From NCBI RefSeq assembly GCF_963676685.1, contig NC_092354.1, positions 23,188,001-23,252,000 of the forward strand: a stretch of 64,000 nucleotides of DNA, read 5' to 3'. Below are positions 59,501 to 64,000 of this stretch, piece after piece. The DNA is from Mytilus edulis. Taxonomy: Eukaryota. Position numbers and translations under genes: made by a program. The notes under the pieces were generated by a model. The model ran no database searches, was not told the DNA's origin, and was given only the letters and a program-made list of their open reading frames with translations. Numbering within the stretch: position 1 is the first letter of the stretch; each line of letters starts with the position of its first letter.

Positions 59501-62500
59501 TACACCGACAGAAGAATTTCTTCAATTCATAGGATGAAAGAGTAAATAATTTTCGCATAAAGAACATGCAGTTTTAAGCAGTTGCTTTTCTTGTGGTATG
59601 TCAGCTTGGCAGGTATTGACTGTTGAAGTTGTGAGATTTTTGAAATTTATATAAAACTTATTTTTTTTCTTAATATAAGATTTTGCTATATTTTTGTTTA
59701 AATGAACTTTATCTTATACTTAATAGAAACTGAAATAAAAACATAGGGTCACCTGATAAAATGTGTTGGTCAGGATGGACAATACAAACTCATATGATAT
59801 ATAGATTGATGCTGAAACATTTACAATGCCGCCTGTTGAAACAGAACCTAACGTTAAAATTATAATCCCAAGAAAACCGATACCTTCTAAAACCAGTACT
59901 TATTCAACTCAATCATTGACTGCTACAGCAACTAAATAAATGCCATCTGAAATTGTAAAAAAAGCTTGGAATGAACCGAGAAGGAATTATTGCTGGAAAT
60001 ATGATTGATTGTTGGTTGCCTACAAGAAAAAAAACTACCTCTGTTAAGTCGAGTTCATAATCCTATTCAATTTTATATTCTTCCTCAGAAAGGGGGCATG
60101 ACTGGTTGTCCGTTCGTTTATTACACATTTTTCCGTTCTTTTTATCCCATTTACAATGTGGTTGATATGTGCCTAAGTATATCTTTCGAAACGCTATTAT
60201 CAAGTGAATCAGTTATTTCGTTTCAAGTCTTGCAGTATTTCCTATAAAACCTTAAGATTGTCTTCAACTGACTTTGTAAATGTTCTCTGAGCCTTATCTT
60301 TACCCTGCACTAATAAATATGCTTCCTAGTACATGTAGTAAGTTATGTAGGTATATACAAGTAACATGTAGGTTAGATTGTACTTTGTTTACCTCCCACT
60401 CCCCCCCCCCCCCCCCCCCACCCCCACCCCCCGTGGTTTTAACTAGGAAATTCCTTGCAAAAGTTAAGTATAAATCTGTGTAATAATGAAATGAACTCAT
60501 CTAACTCGAAATCACCAAAAGAAAGTGAAACTCGAACAATAACTGGGCCGATTTTGAGCACTCGAATCTTTGTTGACGGGCAAACTTTGAATATGAATTC
60601 AGCATCTGCACTCACTGAGACAGAAAGAGAATTAAAATCAGAGATAGAAGAGTTGAAATTTAAAATTAAGCAGATACAAGATAACAGGATCAAAATATGC
60701 TTCAAATAGACACATATTTAAATTGAATCGAAATATGGCTGCCTTAGAAGAAAATCGACATGCATCACTTTCAAATTCAGATGTTTGGAATTTATTAAAA
60801 TGAATGGCTATCTAAAATGCGTTCAATGGTTACAGGAAAAAATTATAATTTGGGTTATTTTAAAGAAGCATTGCAAAACTTTTAAGTGAACAAAAAACTT
60901 TGCAAACATAAATAAGCAGAGCTAAATAAAGCAGAATTTGTGTTATGTTTATGTGTCTCTAAAATTTCAAGTACAAAAAGTGTAACCATGCATCATGATC
61001 TTAGACAAAAATCCTTATTACAAAACAAAGCTGAGTTTGAAGTTTCCAATTTGAATGAGAAACTGCACGAATCATTCCATCGATTAACTTGATTCATTTG
61101 AAAATAAATTAAGCAAAGGCAAATTAAGTTTGAAAAGAATAAAAGCTAGGAAGCTATATTCTAGTTCAAAAGTCAAAATTTAAATTCATGTCCACTATAA
61201 AATGTATGTCTTTCAAGATTCTAAATTCTTTCACCCCAGTTCTTCGAAACCGGTTCTTGACACTTCTGTATTGCAGTGGATGTAAATTATCATTTTAGAC
61301 CAGACAAAGTTTTTAAATCCATATGGATGATTGGGGAATAGAAGTATGGTCAATTAGTCTTTTTCTGACCGACATTAACATGTTTATTAAAGACAAGCGT
61401 TCTTTTGATTTTATAGCGGGATGAACAAGTTTGCAGCCACGTCTGGTAATCTAGACGTTAAATACGATGACTTGTGAAATGGAATTCTGGAACAAATTTA
61501 GTACTCTTTACGAACTAGTAATGGAATTCTAGAAACAATTCTAGAACACTTTAAGAACTAGTAAATTCTTCAAATATTCTAAAATGTGACACAAATCGAG
61601 GCTTCTAGATCAATGATTTAAAACTTTTAAAGATTTTCAAATGATCAAAACAATTTTAGAACTTTTCAAGGGCATATATTGTTTAGAACTTAGTCATTAT
61701 TAATAAGTTCTGAAAATGTGCCATGAATTATTATAATAAACACATAAGTATCTCACCACATTGGAAATCTTTCAAAGACAGAATGGCCATATTTGTTTGG
61801 AAGTCTGCATACAATGTACATACGGTAGAACAGATCATTTGAATTTACTTGTATTCTTGTGTCAATAAACACAACCCTGAAGGACTTCATAAAGTTTCTC
61901 AACATCTATTCCCCAAGGGTGACTGGGGAATAGAAATATGGTCACTTGGTCTTCTCCCGACCGACAGTAAAACGCTTGCCGAAGTGGGGAGTCCGTTTGG
62001 CTGTGCGCAATGGCGGATCCAGAACTTTTCCTAAGGGGGGGGGGGCCTATGGTGAAAAACCGGAGATGATCTTAGGTGCTTTGATTCAGTTTGTAAGCAA
62101 TTCGGTAACCAAGTGAGCACACATCAATAAACTCCCACTTTTATTTCTATAATATTATTCATGTTGACATGATACCTGTGTACTGTTATATTGAAAACCA
62201 TAGCCTCTTGTTTGTCAAACAGCATCAAAACTGCATTCCAATTAATCACTTGGGGAAATATCTTTTTCTTATACACTGGAATATATAGGAATATAGGAAT
62301 CAGATGTCTCATCCATAAGTGACAATGCTATACATTTCTCTTTCTTTTTCAGTGTCTTAGGATTATGTGGGGCTTTGTTGCATGTGCTGAGATAATTCAC
62401 AACATGATCAGGACCCATTCCAGAGTGCATTTAGAGCTGTACTTGATGAACAAATTGTCTTTAAAGGACAATACCTCACAAAGGACAATTTTGGTCATAT

Positions 62501-62626
62501 CATTATTATTTTTTTTCTAAATCTTACTTTGCTGAACATTATTACTGTTTACAGTTTATATCTAGCTATAATGATATTCAAAATAATTACAAAATAGTGC
62601 AAAATTTCGTTCAAACTTCATAAAGG

Positions 62627-62755
62627 TGCATAGTGTGTGTGGATCGACAAAAAACTGCAGTTATAATACCATGTGGTCATACATTTTGTATGACTTGTGC
62701 TTCACAGATTAAGGCATTACACCAGCCTTGTCCGGTATGCAGAACAGCCATTTAA
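62627..62755 (+). pseudogene. RING-HC finger fragment
   Basis: CIVCVDRQKTAVIIPCGHTFCMTCASQIKALHQPCPVCRTAI*; upstream part interrupted by a repeat. Confidence 0.75.
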
Positions 62756-63583
62756 GATGTACAATTTTCCTACATGTACATGTATAATAAACGAATTTAG
62801 TAATTATTGTCATTATTGGCTGGGAATATACATATCCATCCATTGTTAAGCTGCATTTTCCCGTGCACTTATTACGTATACGACTTTCCGTCCTGATTGC
62901 GCATGAGATTTTTGCCACAACACGTTAATCAACCAACAAATTAAATTTGTCTATTAGAAAAATACTCAATTATGATGAAATATAGAAACTGAGAGTAAAA
63001 TGGAGATATATTCATTATTCAGACTTTATTTAATTCCATCAAGGCTTTCTAACTGGGCCCGTATGCAAAATGGCTTGTTTACTCAAGTTAAGATTTGTTC
63101 CGAACGGACGGATTTTTCAACACTTTCAACGACGATGACGATGAATTACGTTACAAAACGGAACTTTCAGTATAAGAATGTTTAGTAGTAGACAAAAGTG
63201 GACAACGCTTTCAAAAGGGGGTTTTGATCCATGAGAAAGCCACATCTTATTTTAAATTTGATCTGTTATTTCATTTACCGTTTTCAAAAGAAATAAATTG
63301 AATGGAAAATTTTACGACTTTGTGGAGATTTCTCAATTGGTTTTGAATATAACATACATGTAGTTGAAACAATACGGGGTTTTTTTGTTGCAAAACCATA
63401 TATGTTTATTATTTTTCAAATGAAACCGTCTGTATTTGTTTACCGAGTGAACTTGTACATGTATGTGTTTATTTGACTTTAATAAACTACCATCGCTAAA
63501 CACCGTGACACGACTCTAATCAACACACTAATTGGTAAAGAATAAAATCGTCGGTCGTTGATAAATAATACCATGTAACGGCG

Positions 63584-63649
63584 CTAGCCTGGGGTCCTGC
63601 CTAATCTTGTCAGTGACGCGCAGCTAGATTGGGTCGGATGCCAGGCTAG
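63584..63649. mobile_element. 66-bp mini-MITE with 8-bp TSD
   Basis: ctagcctgg...ccaggctag flanked by taacggcg on both sides. Confidence 0.75.
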
Positions 63650-63682
63650 TAACGGCGCGTCATGATAATGGGAAATTGAGTT

Positions 63683-64000
63683 TTGTTTTCTATTTTTAAG
63701 TATCTTTCTCCTTTAGAAAATGTGTCTATAAAACTATACAAAAAAATGTTCGAATCAATAGTTAAACCTATTCTGATGTATAATTCTGAATTTTGGTATA
63801 TGAATTTTTATGAAAAAATAAAAAGAGCTGAAAGACGAGCACAAATTAAAGACATGAGTAAATTTGATATTCTAGCAATGATCGATACATTGTAGTAGCC
63901 AAGTGGAGAAGACACATTTAAAATTTTGCAAATATATACTGGGGATTAGTAAACAATCTGTCAATATAGCTGCAAGAGCAGGACTAGCTCAGTATTCCAT
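63683..64000 (+). pseudogene. LINE ORF2 post-RT region fragment
   Basis: KMFESIVKPILMYNSEFW then frameshifted KFCKYILGISKQSVNIAARAGL. Confidence 0.65.

Noticed and set aside
60280-60709. Poly-Pro/poly-Gly and coiled-coil ORFs
   Set aside because: Driven by a poly-C tract; isolated fragment without gene context.
63683-64000. Idea that this LINE fragment is the displaced continuation of the RT at 9232-9622
   Set aside because: No TIR or TSD adjoins it and no overlap can be shown; likely an independent copy.

Overview
AT-rich, repeat-dense eukaryotic genomic DNA. The interspersed repeats look like those of a bivalve mollusc, probably Mytilus (recognition from memory, not verified). No intact host gene is evident. 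The main feature is a 20.9-kb Maverick/Polinton (endogenous polintovirus) at 9623-30502 with ~317-bp AGTAGT-terminated inverted repeats. It carries the core gene set: protein-primed PolB (split by a spliceosomal intron), packaging ATPase, adenain-like protease, major and minor capsid proteins, basic core-like proteins and an integrase-chromodomain. The major capsid and integrase genes each carry one frameshift. The element also has an unusual host-manipulation complement. At the right end: a spliced GADD34/ICP34.5/DP71L-like PP1-recruiting protein, a CARD-PC4-PC4 fusion and a membrane-anchored PC4-like protein. In the left arm: two multi-exon genes that the ORF track shows only as fragments, namely a 165-aa protein with cyclin-RxL, KEN and CDK motifs, and a 195-aa type I membrane protein with a Raf-like 14-3-3 motif, transcribed divergently around E2F-like sites. 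The rest of the window holds a near-complete BEL/Pao LTR retrotransposon (45803-53644), an RNase H-bearing LINE, an intron-containing Tc1 relic, several MITEs and many degenerate TE fragments.
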